A DNA stretch of 64,000 bases from Candidatus Latescibacterota bacterium. GTDB lineage: Bacteria > Latescibacterota > UBA2968 > UBA8231. The stretch lies in the NCBI GenBank assembly GCA_965242865.1, contig CBDETK010000013.1, forward strand, positions 1,376,001-1,440,000. The letters run 5' to 3'. The notes beneath the pieces are model-generated. The model saw only the letters and a list, made by a program, of their open reading frames with translations, made no database searches and was not told the origin of the DNA. The position numbers and the translations under genes were made by a program. Position 1 is the first letter of the stretch. Each line of letters begins with the position of its first letter. Positions 10,852 to 19,026 of the stretch are shown here, piece by piece.

Positions 10852-11868
10852 ATGGCCGAAATCGACATCGTTTCCAAGCACCTGATCCAAACCTACCCGG
10901 CCGACTTCGCCCGCTTTGCCCTCCGGCGCGACGACATCGAAAAAGTCGAAGTGATAGAGAGCGAGCAGTTCACCGTCAAAGCCCGCCGCACCGACAGCCT
11001 CCTCCGCGTGCGCATCGCCAGCAAGGACGCCTTAGTCCACCACGAGTTTCAAACCACCGACCACCCGGCCATGCCCCGCCGCATGGCCGGCTACATCGGC
11101 CGCATTATCGAGCACTACGGCCTGCCGGTGTACGCCCACGTCTTCTACCTGCGCCCGGCTGCCGGGCGCCGCGACCCGGGATACTACATTCAAGAGCATC
11201 CCGACTATCCGGTCGTGATCCGCTATAAGGTGATCCGCCTGAGCCAACTCGCCGGTCAAGCTGTGCTCGACCGCACGTTTGTGGGCTTGCTGCCGTTTGC
11301 CCCGTTGATGCAGCCGCCAGCCGGTCAGACTGAGGCGGCGTGGTTAGAGCAGTGTGTGACCCGGGCGGCAGCCCTACCGCTGGATCAGTCAAGCAAGGCC
11401 GATTTTCTCGCGGGACTGGCGATCTTGAGCGGGTTGGTGTATAATCCGCAGACGATCATGGCCGCTGTTTCCAAGGAGCATCTCATGGACCTCATCCGCG
11501 AATCCTCGTTTGCCCAGTATCTCGCCGAAAACGCCCGCGAGGAAGGTATGAAGCAAGGCATTGAGCAAGGCATTGAGCAAGGCATTGAGCAAGGCATTGA
11601 GCAAGGCATTGAGCAAGGCATTGAGCAAGGCATTGAGCAAGGCATTGAGCAAGGCATTGAGCAAGGCATTGAGCAAGGAGGCCGAGAACGCGCTACTGAA
11701 GACCTGCTCGACGTGCTGGCGATTCGCTTTGCGCTGGCCGCGTCGGATCCGTTGGCCGCCCGCCTTGGCGCCATCGACGATGTGCAGCGCCTCAAGCGGT
11801 TGTTTCGGGCGGCCATACAGGTGCCCAGCCTCGAAGCCTTTAGGCTCCTGTTAGACGCCGACGAGTAG
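10852..11868 (+). CDS. Rpn family recombination-promoting nuclease / PD-(D/E)XK putative transposase
   Basis: DIVSKHL, RRTDSLL, HHEFQT, MPRRM..Y, LLPFAPL, and a C-terminal (EQGI)n coiled-coil typical of Rpn/YhgA-like proteins. Confidence 0.85.
   Translation: MAEIDIVSKHLIQTYPADFARFALRRDDIEKVEVIESEQFTVKARRTDSLLRVRIASKDALVHHEFQTTDHPAMPRRMAGYIGRIIEHYGLPVYAHVFYLRPAAGRRDPGYYIQEHPDYPVVIRYKVIRLSQLAGQAVLDRTFVGLLPFAPLMQPPAGQTEAAWLEQCVTRAAALPLDQSSKADFLAGLAILSGLVYNPQTIMAAVSKEHLMDLIRESSFAQYLAENAREEGMKQGIEQGIEQGIEQGIEQGIEQGIEQGIEQGIEQGIEQGIEQGGRERATEDLLDVLAIRFALAASDPLAARLGAIDDVQRLKRLFRAAIQVPSLEAFRLLLDADE
11485..11868 (+). CDS. Putative internally initiated Rpn C-terminal small protein (RpnS-like antitoxin), 127 aa
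   Basis: AAGGAG (11473-11478) lies 6 nt before an in-frame ATG at 11485 (MDLIRESSF...). Confidence 0.6.
   Translation: MDLIRESSFAQYLAENAREEGMKQGIEQGIEQGIEQGIEQGIEQGIEQGIEQGIEQGIEQGIEQGGRERATEDLLDVLAIRFALAASDPLAARLGAIDDVQRLKRLFRAAIQVPSLEAFRLLLDADE
11551..11678 (+). repeat. 12-bp tandem repeat GAGCAAGGCATT (about 10.5 copies; EQGI)
   Basis: Nine perfect units at 11563-11670, plus near-perfect or partial flanking units. Confidence 0.97.
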
Positions 11869-11947
11869 ATCAAATTTCAAGGTAGCCCCTCCTTAGTACG
11901 CGCCCCTTCCGTTGAGTACGCCTTTTCTGGTGTTGCCGTTGCGTCCG

Positions 11948-11995
11948 GGATCGAGGGCGTCCCCGCCCTCGACGAGGGCAAGATGCCCTCGATCC
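11948..11995. repeat. REP-like double-hairpin palindrome
   Basis: GGATCGAGGGC-gtcccc-GCCCTCGA-CGAGGGCA-aga-TGCCCTCGATCC: two internal hairpins plus an 11-bp outer inverted repeat. Confidence 0.7.
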
Positions 11996-12051
11996 TTAGG
12001 TAGGCGGGCCGCTGGCGTCGTGTAGTAAGGTAGCCCCCGCCCACTTTTTGC

Positions 12052-12080
12052 TTGAGATTGCGGCGTATTCGCCGTATCCT
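12052..12080 (+). promoter_or_regulatory. Putative sigma70 promoter for the 12146 gene
   Basis: TTGAGA-N17-TATCCT, with a strong SD AAGGAGGT at 12133-12140. Confidence 0.5.
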
Positions 12081-12145
12081 ATACGGAAATTAGCAGGCAC
12101 GAGGCACTTTCTCGTTTCATCTAACTCCTCCAAAGGAGGTGGGTT

Positions 12146-13072
12146 ATGCAGCGCATTGCCATTCTCTTTGCAGTCCTCGCCCTAGTGGCCCTGCCTAATG
12201 TGGGCCACGCACACTGGGACGCCGGCACGGTGTGGTTCGTCGTCCAGTTTCCCGATGGAGCTACCCCCACCATCGACGGCAATCACGGCGACTGGGACGG
12301 GGTGCCAGCCTCTTATGGCATCGACAACTCGGTCTTCAACGATGCCCGCGGCCTAGTGCCCGAAGGCTGGAGCAACGCCGATTGGGACGTCACCGACTTC
12401 AGCATGTTGCATCGGGTCGGCTGGAACGACACGGAAAACAAGATTTACATGGCCACCCAAACCTTCGACGACGAACACAACATGGACCGCACCAGCCACT
12501 GGAGCGAGGACGATTCGTGGGAGGTGTCGTTTACCTACAACCACGACGCCTATGCCGACGATGGCGGCTATGTTGACATCAACGACGAAAACATCGGCAT
12601 CAATTCCCGCTACAACTTCGCGGTCCCCGTCCATCCGACCCTCGGCGACTGGTTCTGGCTGCGGCCGGGCGATTTGACCGGCACCGAGTGGATCTGGCCC
12701 GGCACGGACTGGCTCGAATTCAACTACACTTGGGATGGCGACGAATTCGGCGAGAGCACCTACTACTACGAAATGGGCCTCACGCCCATAGGCTCGTACC
12801 CCGTAGGGCTAGAGGGCGGATACCAGCCCGAGGATGTGGAGGTCTGGGATCTGGAGGAAGGTCAGATCATCCACATTTCCATCGTCCAAATCGACAACGA
12901 TGGCGACTTCAACAACTATCGCACCCCGGGTTGCTGCGGCTATTGGAGCACGCTTGACAATTGCTGCGCGTCGGTCAACGACTGGGTGCTGGCCGAGCCG
13001 GATCCGGCCTTTGTCGCCTCTACCTCGGTCGAGGAAGACAGCTGGGCCCGCATCAAGGCCCGCTTTCAGTAA
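12146..13072 (+). CDS. Secreted acidic protein, CBM9/DOMON-like, with C-terminal VExxSWARIK tail
   Basis: Signal peptide; PTIDGNHGDW, VGWND..KIY, DDSWEV, DND motifs of CBM9-like domains; ends STSVEEDSWARIKARFQ. Confidence 0.7.
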   Translation: MQRIAILFAVLALVALPNVGHAHWDAGTVWFVVQFPDGATPTIDGNHGDWDGVPASYGIDNSVFNDARGLVPEGWSNADWDVTDFSMLHRVGWNDTENKIYMATQTFDDEHNMDRTSHWSEDDSWEVSFTYNHDAYADDGGYVDINDENIGINSRYNFAVPVHPTLGDWFWLRPGDLTGTEWIWPGTDWLEFNYTWDGDEFGESTYYYEMGLTPIGSYPVGLEGGYQPEDVEVWDLEEGQIIHISIVQIDNDGDFNNYRTPGCCGYWSTLDNCCASVNDWVLAEPDPAFVASTSVEEDSWARIKARFQ

Positions 13073-13106
13073 GTCGCTTCGCCGCTGGATAGGGGGCAAC
13101 GCTCAG

Positions 13107-13142
13107 AAGCCCGTGTTCCACGCTGGAACGCGGGCTTTTTTT
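13107..13142 (+). terminator. Rho-independent terminator
   Basis: AAGCCCGTGTTCCA-cgc-TGGAACGCGGGCTT followed by a T-run. Confidence 0.85.
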
Positions 13143-13165
13143 CGTTGTTCGCCAAAGGGGACCGC

Positions 13166-15328
13166 ATGAGAAACCACCGGGTGTTGTGGCTGGTCGTTGC
13201 GTTGGCCAGGCCGGCCTTGGGCGATTGGGCCGAGTTCGCGCTGGGCGGCGCCGACGGCAACCCGTGGGCTATTCCCCTCGCGCTCGCCAGCGAAGAAGGA
13301 GGCTTCTACACCGTGTACGGCACCGACGGTCAAGTCGTGCGCACCGAGCCGGTGGGAACGTCGCCCGAATGGGTCGGGGCCGATACCCTGATCGACTACG
13401 CCGACGGGGCCATGACGCCGGCTTGGGTGGACCCCCACTTGAACCTGACCCACATCGTCCGTTGGGACCAAAACGGCCAGAGCCAAGAGCCTTTTCACGA
13501 CCTAGGCGGCAATATCCGCGTCACCCAGGGCGAAAACTCGGCTTTCATGGGCATGACCCTGCCCAGCACCCTGCTGGCCTACGATGGCGACCGCACCTCG
13601 GCCATGTTTCGCATCTTCGTGCAGCGCGAGGGAGCACCCCCGGGGGTGGGACGCGGCTTCCGCAACAATACCATCACCAATTTCGGCGCTGAAATGCCCA
13701 TCAACCGCATCCGCTTCTATCCCCGGCTCAGCAAGACCGAAGACGCCCATATCATCGCGGCTATGGCCGCACCCAAACCCGACCCAGATGCGTTTGGCGA
13801 GGAGAGTTTTGCCGCCAACTTTCTCGAGTGGTACGAGATTGGCGTCGCCGACAGCAGCGTCCCCATCGCCGACGATGCGTTCGCGATTCCCAAAGGGCGG
13901 CGCTGGCACAAAATCCTCGCCTCGGCCGGCCTCGGCGGCTACCGGGTGAGCAACGATCCCGCCTACACCATTCTGCGCAGCGTCCGCGAAAACCTCGACG
14001 TAGTGGTTGACTTTCGCTTTCCCCTGCACCACGTCCGCTGGGTGGCCATCCGCGCCCTAGACCCGGTGCGCGACTGGGAAATCGCCGAGGTAGAAATCTA
14101 CGGACGCGGCTTTGTGCGCCAAGCCCGCTACCTAACCGACATCCTCGACTTTGGCCAGCCCATCAACTGGGGCAAAATTCGCTGGAGCGGCCAGCGTCCT
14201 CCCGGCACCCACGTTGAAATTCGCACCCGCACGGGGGCTGACCCCAATCCCCACATCTACTGGCAGCCCAACGCCATTACCGGCGAGGCCGAGGAAATTG
14301 GCTTTGCCGAGCACTTCGGCCTCCCCGTCCGCGAGCGCGAACCCCCGCTCTACGACCGCGACCACTGGAGCTTTTGGTCGCCTCCCTACGACTTTGCCGA
14401 CGGTTTGCGCGACCCGGCCCAGGAGGCGACCGCTTGGATCGACGGCACGGTCCTCCAGTCGCCCTCTCCGCGCCGCTACATGCAGTTGCAGATCACCTTG
14501 TTTGCCACCGAAACCGAGGCCCCCCGCCTCGACGCGCTCCAGTTTCAGTTGGCGCACTCCCTGTCGGCTTCCGCGCTGCTGGGCGAAATTTGGCCGGTTG
14601 AGGTCAAAGACGTCCGCTCCCAGCGTTTCACGTACGTGGTGCGCCCCGATTTCCAAGCCGGCGACACCGGCTTTGACCGCCTCGAAATCGGCACCCATAC
14701 CCAAGTTGACACCGTCTATCACGTCAAAATCGGCGGCGTGCCCGTCGATCTAGCGGCCTTTCCGCCGCAAGCGCGAGCCGACCGCCTCATCGTGGCGCTC
14801 GACCGCAAGCTGTCGAGCCCGGAAACCGACCGTTTCAAGCAGGTGGAGGTGGCCTTCAAAGTGCCGGTTTTGCGCTTTGGCACGGAGTTTTCCGGCTGGG
14901 TGTACAACAGCGACGATCCCGACCGCATCCGGCAACAAGTACAGCCGGGCAACGCCACCTTCCGCTACGCCGGCGACGGGCTGGCCGTGCGCACCCAAGT
15001 GGGAGGGCGGCTGTTGGCGGACGTGCGGGTGCAGCCCAACCCTTTTTCCCCCAACGGCGACCGGGTCAACGACGCCACGCGGCTGTCCTTTGACGTGCGC
15101 GAAGTGGTGGCGCGGCGGCCCCTGCAAGTGGCCCTGTACGACCTAGCGGGCCACCCCGTCCAGACCTTGGCCAGCACCCAGCTCAAAACCGGCATCGCAG
15201 AGTACGCTTGGGACGGACGCCGGGCCGACGGCCGGCTGGTGGCCCCAGGGACTTATATCTACCGCATTCGGCTCGACACCGATGAAGGCGCCGAAGAACG
15301 AGTCGGCACCATTGCGGTCGCCTATTAG
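13166..15328 (+). CDS. Secreted protein with C-terminal FlgD-Ig/CHU_C-like domain (A)
   Basis: Signal peptide; C-terminal PNPFSPNGDRVND...YDLAG...WDG...PGTY...TIAVAY. Start taken as ATG 13166. Confidence 0.82.
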   Translation: MRNHRVLWLVVALARPALGDWAEFALGGADGNPWAIPLALASEEGGFYTVYGTDGQVVRTEPVGTSPEWVGADTLIDYADGAMTPAWVDPHLNLTHIVRWDQNGQSQEPFHDLGGNIRVTQGENSAFMGMTLPSTLLAYDGDRTSAMFRIFVQREGAPPGVGRGFRNNTITNFGAEMPINRIRFYPRLSKTEDAHIIAAMAAPKPDPDAFGEESFAANFLEWYEIGVADSSVPIADDAFAIPKGRRWHKILASAGLGGYRVSNDPAYTILRSVRENLDVVVDFRFPLHHVRWVAIRALDPVRDWEIAEVEIYGRGFVRQARYLTDILDFGQPINWGKIRWSGQRPPGTHVEIRTRTGADPNPHIYWQPNAITGEAEEIGFAEHFGLPVREREPPLYDRDHWSFWSPPYDFADGLRDPAQEATAWIDGTVLQSPSPRRYMQLQITLFATETEAPRLDALQFQLAHSLSASALLGEIWPVEVKDVRSQRFTYVVRPDFQAGDTGFDRLEIGTHTQVDTVYHVKIGGVPVDLAAFPPQARADRLIVALDRKLSSPETDRFKQVEVAFKVPVLRFGTEFSGWVYNSDDPDRIRQQVQPGNATFRYAGDGLAVRTQVGGRLLADVRVQPNPFSPNGDRVNDATRLSFDVREVVARRPLQVALYDLAGHPVQTLASTQLKTGIAEYAWDGRRADGRLVAPGTYIYRIRLDTDEGAEERVGTIAVAY

Positions 15329-15338
15329 GAGCCTGAGC

Positions 15339-17381
15339 GTGTTGAGAATCCTGCTTGCCGCCCTCGCCCTCGCCGCCCCCGTCGGGGCCTTGGATACGCT
15401 GCGGGTGGGTTTGGCCGCCCCGATGGACTGGGACGGCAGCGGGGCGGCCATCGGTACGCTAGACCCCGAGTACCGCAGCTTGGTCAATCCCAACGCCGTG
15501 CTCATAGGCAATGCTCCGGGCGAGCTCATCGACTTTGCCCAGCGGGTCTTAACGCCGCGCCAACTGCAAGAGGGCGAAAACATCGCGGCCGGGACCCTCG
15601 CCCGCGGCGGCACCATAGCCGCGCCGACCGTGCTGCGCTTCACAGCCGACTTCACCCGCGCAGATCTGGCCGAGGCCCTCGCCGAAATCCTCAGCGACCT
15701 CGCCGGCGGCGAGACCCAGGCCTTTGAGCGCAAAAGCGACGACGTGCGCGGCACCCTCATCATCGGCGATTTAGGAGGCCGCTTCGGCGTCAATCGCTTC
15801 CGCTTCTATCCGCGCAACACGGTCCATCCCGCGCCCACGGCCGCCTTTCAAAACGACTTTTTGCGCGCATTTGAGCTGTTCGTCAACGACGGGCTCAACC
15901 TCACGGCCGATGGCTTTCCCCTGTGGGGTGCTCCCATCGTGGAGGAAGCCCAAAACACCCAGCCCGTGGTTGACATTGAATTCGACCCGCCGCGCTACAT
16001 CCGCTCCTTCCGCCTGCGCGCGGCCACGCCCATTCCCTTTGAAATAGACGAAATCGAAATCTACGGCACCGGCTTTTTGCCGACCGCGACGTACTTCTCG
16101 GACATTTTCGCCACCGGCCTAGCCGCGTGGGGGCGCATTCAGTGGGTGGAAAAAGCCGTGGGCGACTCGGCCCAGTCCAGCCTGCTGATTGCCACGCGCA
16201 GCGGCCACGACGACACCCCTTTTATCTTTCACCGCCAGCGCACGGACAAGCGCACCGATCCAGAGATTCCCTTCTCCATCGCCGATCCCACTCAGCCCAT
16301 GCGCCTAGCCGAGTACGAGCGGCTCCCCCTAGTCGATGCCAACGGCGTCACCTGGTCCAAAGGCTCGATCAAGGACGATTTGGCAAACTGGAGCCCGTGG
16401 ACCCCGCCCTATCCGCTCGACGAGGGCACGTCCTCCCAAGGCACCCCGATCATCTCCCCGTCGCCGCGCCGCTTTCTCCAGTTTCGCGTCAGCGCCCAGA
16501 GCAACGACATCCATTCGGCGCGCCGCCTAGAGCGCATTGCCCTGTCGTACCTGACGCCGCCGCTGGCCGACGAATTCGTCGCCGAGATTTTTCCCCGCCA
16601 AGTCGCGGCTTCCACCTCTACGTCCTTTACCTACGCCGTGCGGCTGCACATGAATTCGCCCGACCTGCTCGGCTTCGATACGTTTGCGATCCGCACCCCC
16701 ATTCGGGTGGAACAGGTGGAGCAGATAGAAATTCTCAACGCCCAAGGCGAACTCATCGCCGCCCACGCCTTTGCCCCAGGCGATACCACCGGCGGTTCCG
16801 GGCTGGCCATCAACGCCATTGCCGCAGACCGCTTCAGCGTGCGCTTTCCGCGCATTCAAGCCGATGGCAGCCTGCTGAAAATCGCCTTTCGCTCGGCCGT
16901 GCTGGCCTTCAGCACTGAATTTCGCGGGCAAGCCTCCCTGTCGAGCGAACCCGGTTCGTTTCAAAACGCCACCTCGGGCAATAGCGCGGACTTGGACGCC
17001 CAAGACCAGCCCACCCACTCCGGCACCACCGTGCTGAGTCCCTCGATAATCCGCCGAGACCGGCTGATCGACGCTCTAGAGCTAACTCCCAATCCCTTTA
17101 CGCCCAACAGCGACGGGATCAACGACCGAGTCGCCATTGCTTACAACATCTTGGCCCTGACTCAAGCCGGGGCCGTTGCCGTGCGCCTGTACGACCTGTC
17201 GGGCCGGCTGATCCACACCCTCCAGCAGACGGCGCTCAGCAACGGGCGCTACGCCCTCACTTGGGACGGGCGCGCCGCTGGGGGCCAACTCGTCCCCCCG
17301 GGCGTGTACTTGCTCGGGGTGACCGTGGCCGGCGACCAAGGCGACGACCTGCGCACCCACCCTTTAGCCGTAGCCTACTGA
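15339..17381 (+). CDS. Secreted protein with C-terminal FlgD-Ig/CHU_C-like domain (B)
   Basis: AGGAG then GTG 15339; signal peptide; PNPFTPNSDGIND...YDLSG...WDG...PGVY...LAVAY. Confidence 0.82.
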   Translation: MLRILLAALALAAPVGALDTLRVGLAAPMDWDGSGAAIGTLDPEYRSLVNPNAVLIGNAPGELIDFAQRVLTPRQLQEGENIAAGTLARGGTIAAPTVLRFTADFTRADLAEALAEILSDLAGGETQAFERKSDDVRGTLIIGDLGGRFGVNRFRFYPRNTVHPAPTAAFQNDFLRAFELFVNDGLNLTADGFPLWGAPIVEEAQNTQPVVDIEFDPPRYIRSFRLRAATPIPFEIDEIEIYGTGFLPTATYFSDIFATGLAAWGRIQWVEKAVGDSAQSSLLIATRSGHDDTPFIFHRQRTDKRTDPEIPFSIADPTQPMRLAEYERLPLVDANGVTWSKGSIKDDLANWSPWTPPYPLDEGTSSQGTPIISPSPRRFLQFRVSAQSNDIHSARRLERIALSYLTPPLADEFVAEIFPRQVAASTSTSFTYAVRLHMNSPDLLGFDTFAIRTPIRVEQVEQIEILNAQGELIAAHAFAPGDTTGGSGLAINAIAADRFSVRFPRIQADGSLLKIAFRSAVLAFSTEFRGQASLSSEPGSFQNATSGNSADLDAQDQPTHSGTTVLSPSIIRRDRLIDALELTPNPFTPNSDGINDRVAIAYNILALTQAGAVAVRLYDLSGRLIHTLQQTALSNGRYALTWDGRAAGGQLVPPGVYLLGVTVAGDQGDDLRTHPLAVAY

Positions 17382-17382
17382 C

Positions 17383-19017
17383 ATGGACCGCTTACGCATC
17401 GCTACAATAGTTGGCGTCCTGCTCGGGGCCTTCGCCGGGGGCTGTGGTGAACCAGCGTCCCCCATCGTGGCTCGGGTCGGCGAGCGGGCCATCACGGCCG
17501 AAGCGCTCCGCTCCTACGTCCTGGGGCTGAACGAGAGCCAGCGAAGCCGCCAACAAGGCCCGGCCGCGCGGCGCGAGTACCTCCAACCCCTCATCGACTA
17601 CCACCTGCTGTGGCTGGAAGCCCAAGGCCTCGGGTTGGACACGACGGCCGCGGTCGAGCGCCAACTAGGGCGCAAAATCCGGCGGCACTTGGTCGCCCTC
17701 TATTTCGAGCACCACCCCGTGCAACCGCCCCTCGTCGAGGAGGCCGAGATCAAACAGCGCTTTGAGCGCAAGGGCCTCGACCACAGGGTCGAGCGGATGA
17801 CTTGGGGCATTATGACCGAGGCGCGGCCGGCGCTAGATCAAGCCGTGGCCGAGTTGGTGGCCGGCGCCCGGTTTGGCGAAGTGGCCGCCCGCTACTCCAC
17901 CACCCCGGACGCGGCCAACGGCGGCGTGCTCGGGTGGCTGCGGGTGGAATCCATCCGCCGCATGGGCCTGCCCGATTCCCTGTTTTACGACTTGCCATTG
18001 GGGGTCTTATCGCCCGTGCTGCCCCACTCGGCTGGCTTTTGCGTCGTGCGCTTTGTCGAGGAGCGGCCGCTATCGTACCTCGACTTCCGCGACGAAATCC
18101 TCCAAGAGTTGCAAGAGGAACGGGTCGGGGAAGCGCGGGCGGCGCGGGCCGAGCAGTTGGCCGACCAATACGACTGGACCCTCCATGCGCCGGGGTGGCG
18201 TCTCCTGCTAAAGGGCCAACCGACGCCCGCGGAAGAGCGGACGCCTTTGTTCGAGTTTGCCGGCGGCCAAGTCCCCCTCGGCGAGCTGCTCGACCAGCTC
18301 AAAAGCCGCCCAGTCAATGCCGTGGCCGACAGCGCGGCCTTAGTCCAACTCGCCGAGCGCTGGCTGCTCCAGCCGTACCTCTTTGCGGCCGCAGCCCGCC
18401 ACGAGGGCCTGATCGACCGCGAGGGGTTCGACGCGCTGCGGCAGAGCCTGCGCGAAGAGGTCGTCATCAGCCAACTGCGCCAGCAAGAGGTCGTGGACTC
18501 CATCGCCATCGCCCCCGAGGCCGTGCGCCGCTACTACGACGAGCAGCCCGAGCGCTTCTATGGCCGCGACCAGATCGACGTGGCCGAAGTGCTCGTGGCG
18601 ACCGAGGAAGAGGCCCTCGCGGTGCGGCGGCAGATCGAAGCCGGGGCCGACATCGCCGCCATCGCCCTGCAGCGCAGCACCCGCCGCGGTGCCCAAGCGC
18701 GCGGCGGCATTTTCCCCCTGGAGAAAACCTCGGACTTGGCGCCCCATATCCTCGCCGCGCAGCCGGGCGAATTGGTCGGGCCGGTGCCAGTCCACGACGG
18801 CTTCTCGGTCTTTGCGATCGTCCGCCGCCAGCCCGGGGAGCGCCTGCCTTTTGCCCAAGTCCGCCGCCAGATTGGCGACATGCTGCGCCGGGCCGCCGAG
18901 CGGGAGCGGTTCCAAGCCTACATAGAAACCCTGCGCCGCCAATACGCCGACCAAATCCAAATAGACCAAGCGCGATTGGCGGCCGCCCTAGCCGACGATT
19001 TTCTCGCCGCTTTCTAA
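17383..19017 (+). CDS. PpiC/parvulin-type peptidyl-prolyl isomerase (SurA/PrsA-like), probable lipoprotein
   Basis: Lipobox-like FAGGC; two rotamase-like domains (FGEVAARYS...GGVLGW; IAAIALQRS...GG; GPV). Confidence 0.8.
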   Translation: MDRLRIATIVGVLLGAFAGGCGEPASPIVARVGERAITAEALRSYVLGLNESQRSRQQGPAARREYLQPLIDYHLLWLEAQGLGLDTTAAVERQLGRKIRRHLVALYFEHHPVQPPLVEEAEIKQRFERKGLDHRVERMTWGIMTEARPALDQAVAELVAGARFGEVAARYSTTPDAANGGVLGWLRVESIRRMGLPDSLFYDLPLGVLSPVLPHSAGFCVVRFVEERPLSYLDFRDEILQELQEERVGEARAARAEQLADQYDWTLHAPGWRLLLKGQPTPAEERTPLFEFAGGQVPLGELLDQLKSRPVNAVADSAALVQLAERWLLQPYLFAAAARHEGLIDREGFDALRQSLREEVVISQLRQQEVVDSIAIAPEAVRRYYDEQPERFYGRDQIDVAEVLVATEEEALAVRRQIEAGADIAAIALQRSTRRGAQARGGIFPLEKTSDLAPHILAAQPGELVGPVPVHDGFSVFAIVRRQPGERLPFAQVRRQIGDMLRRAAERERFQAYIETLRRQYADQIQIDQARLAAALADDFLAAF

Positions 19018-19026
19018 CGAGGCCCC

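Noticed and set aside
11551-11678. Possible CRISPR array
   Set aside because: Contiguous 12-bp units with no spacers, in frame within the Rpn gene; no cas genes.
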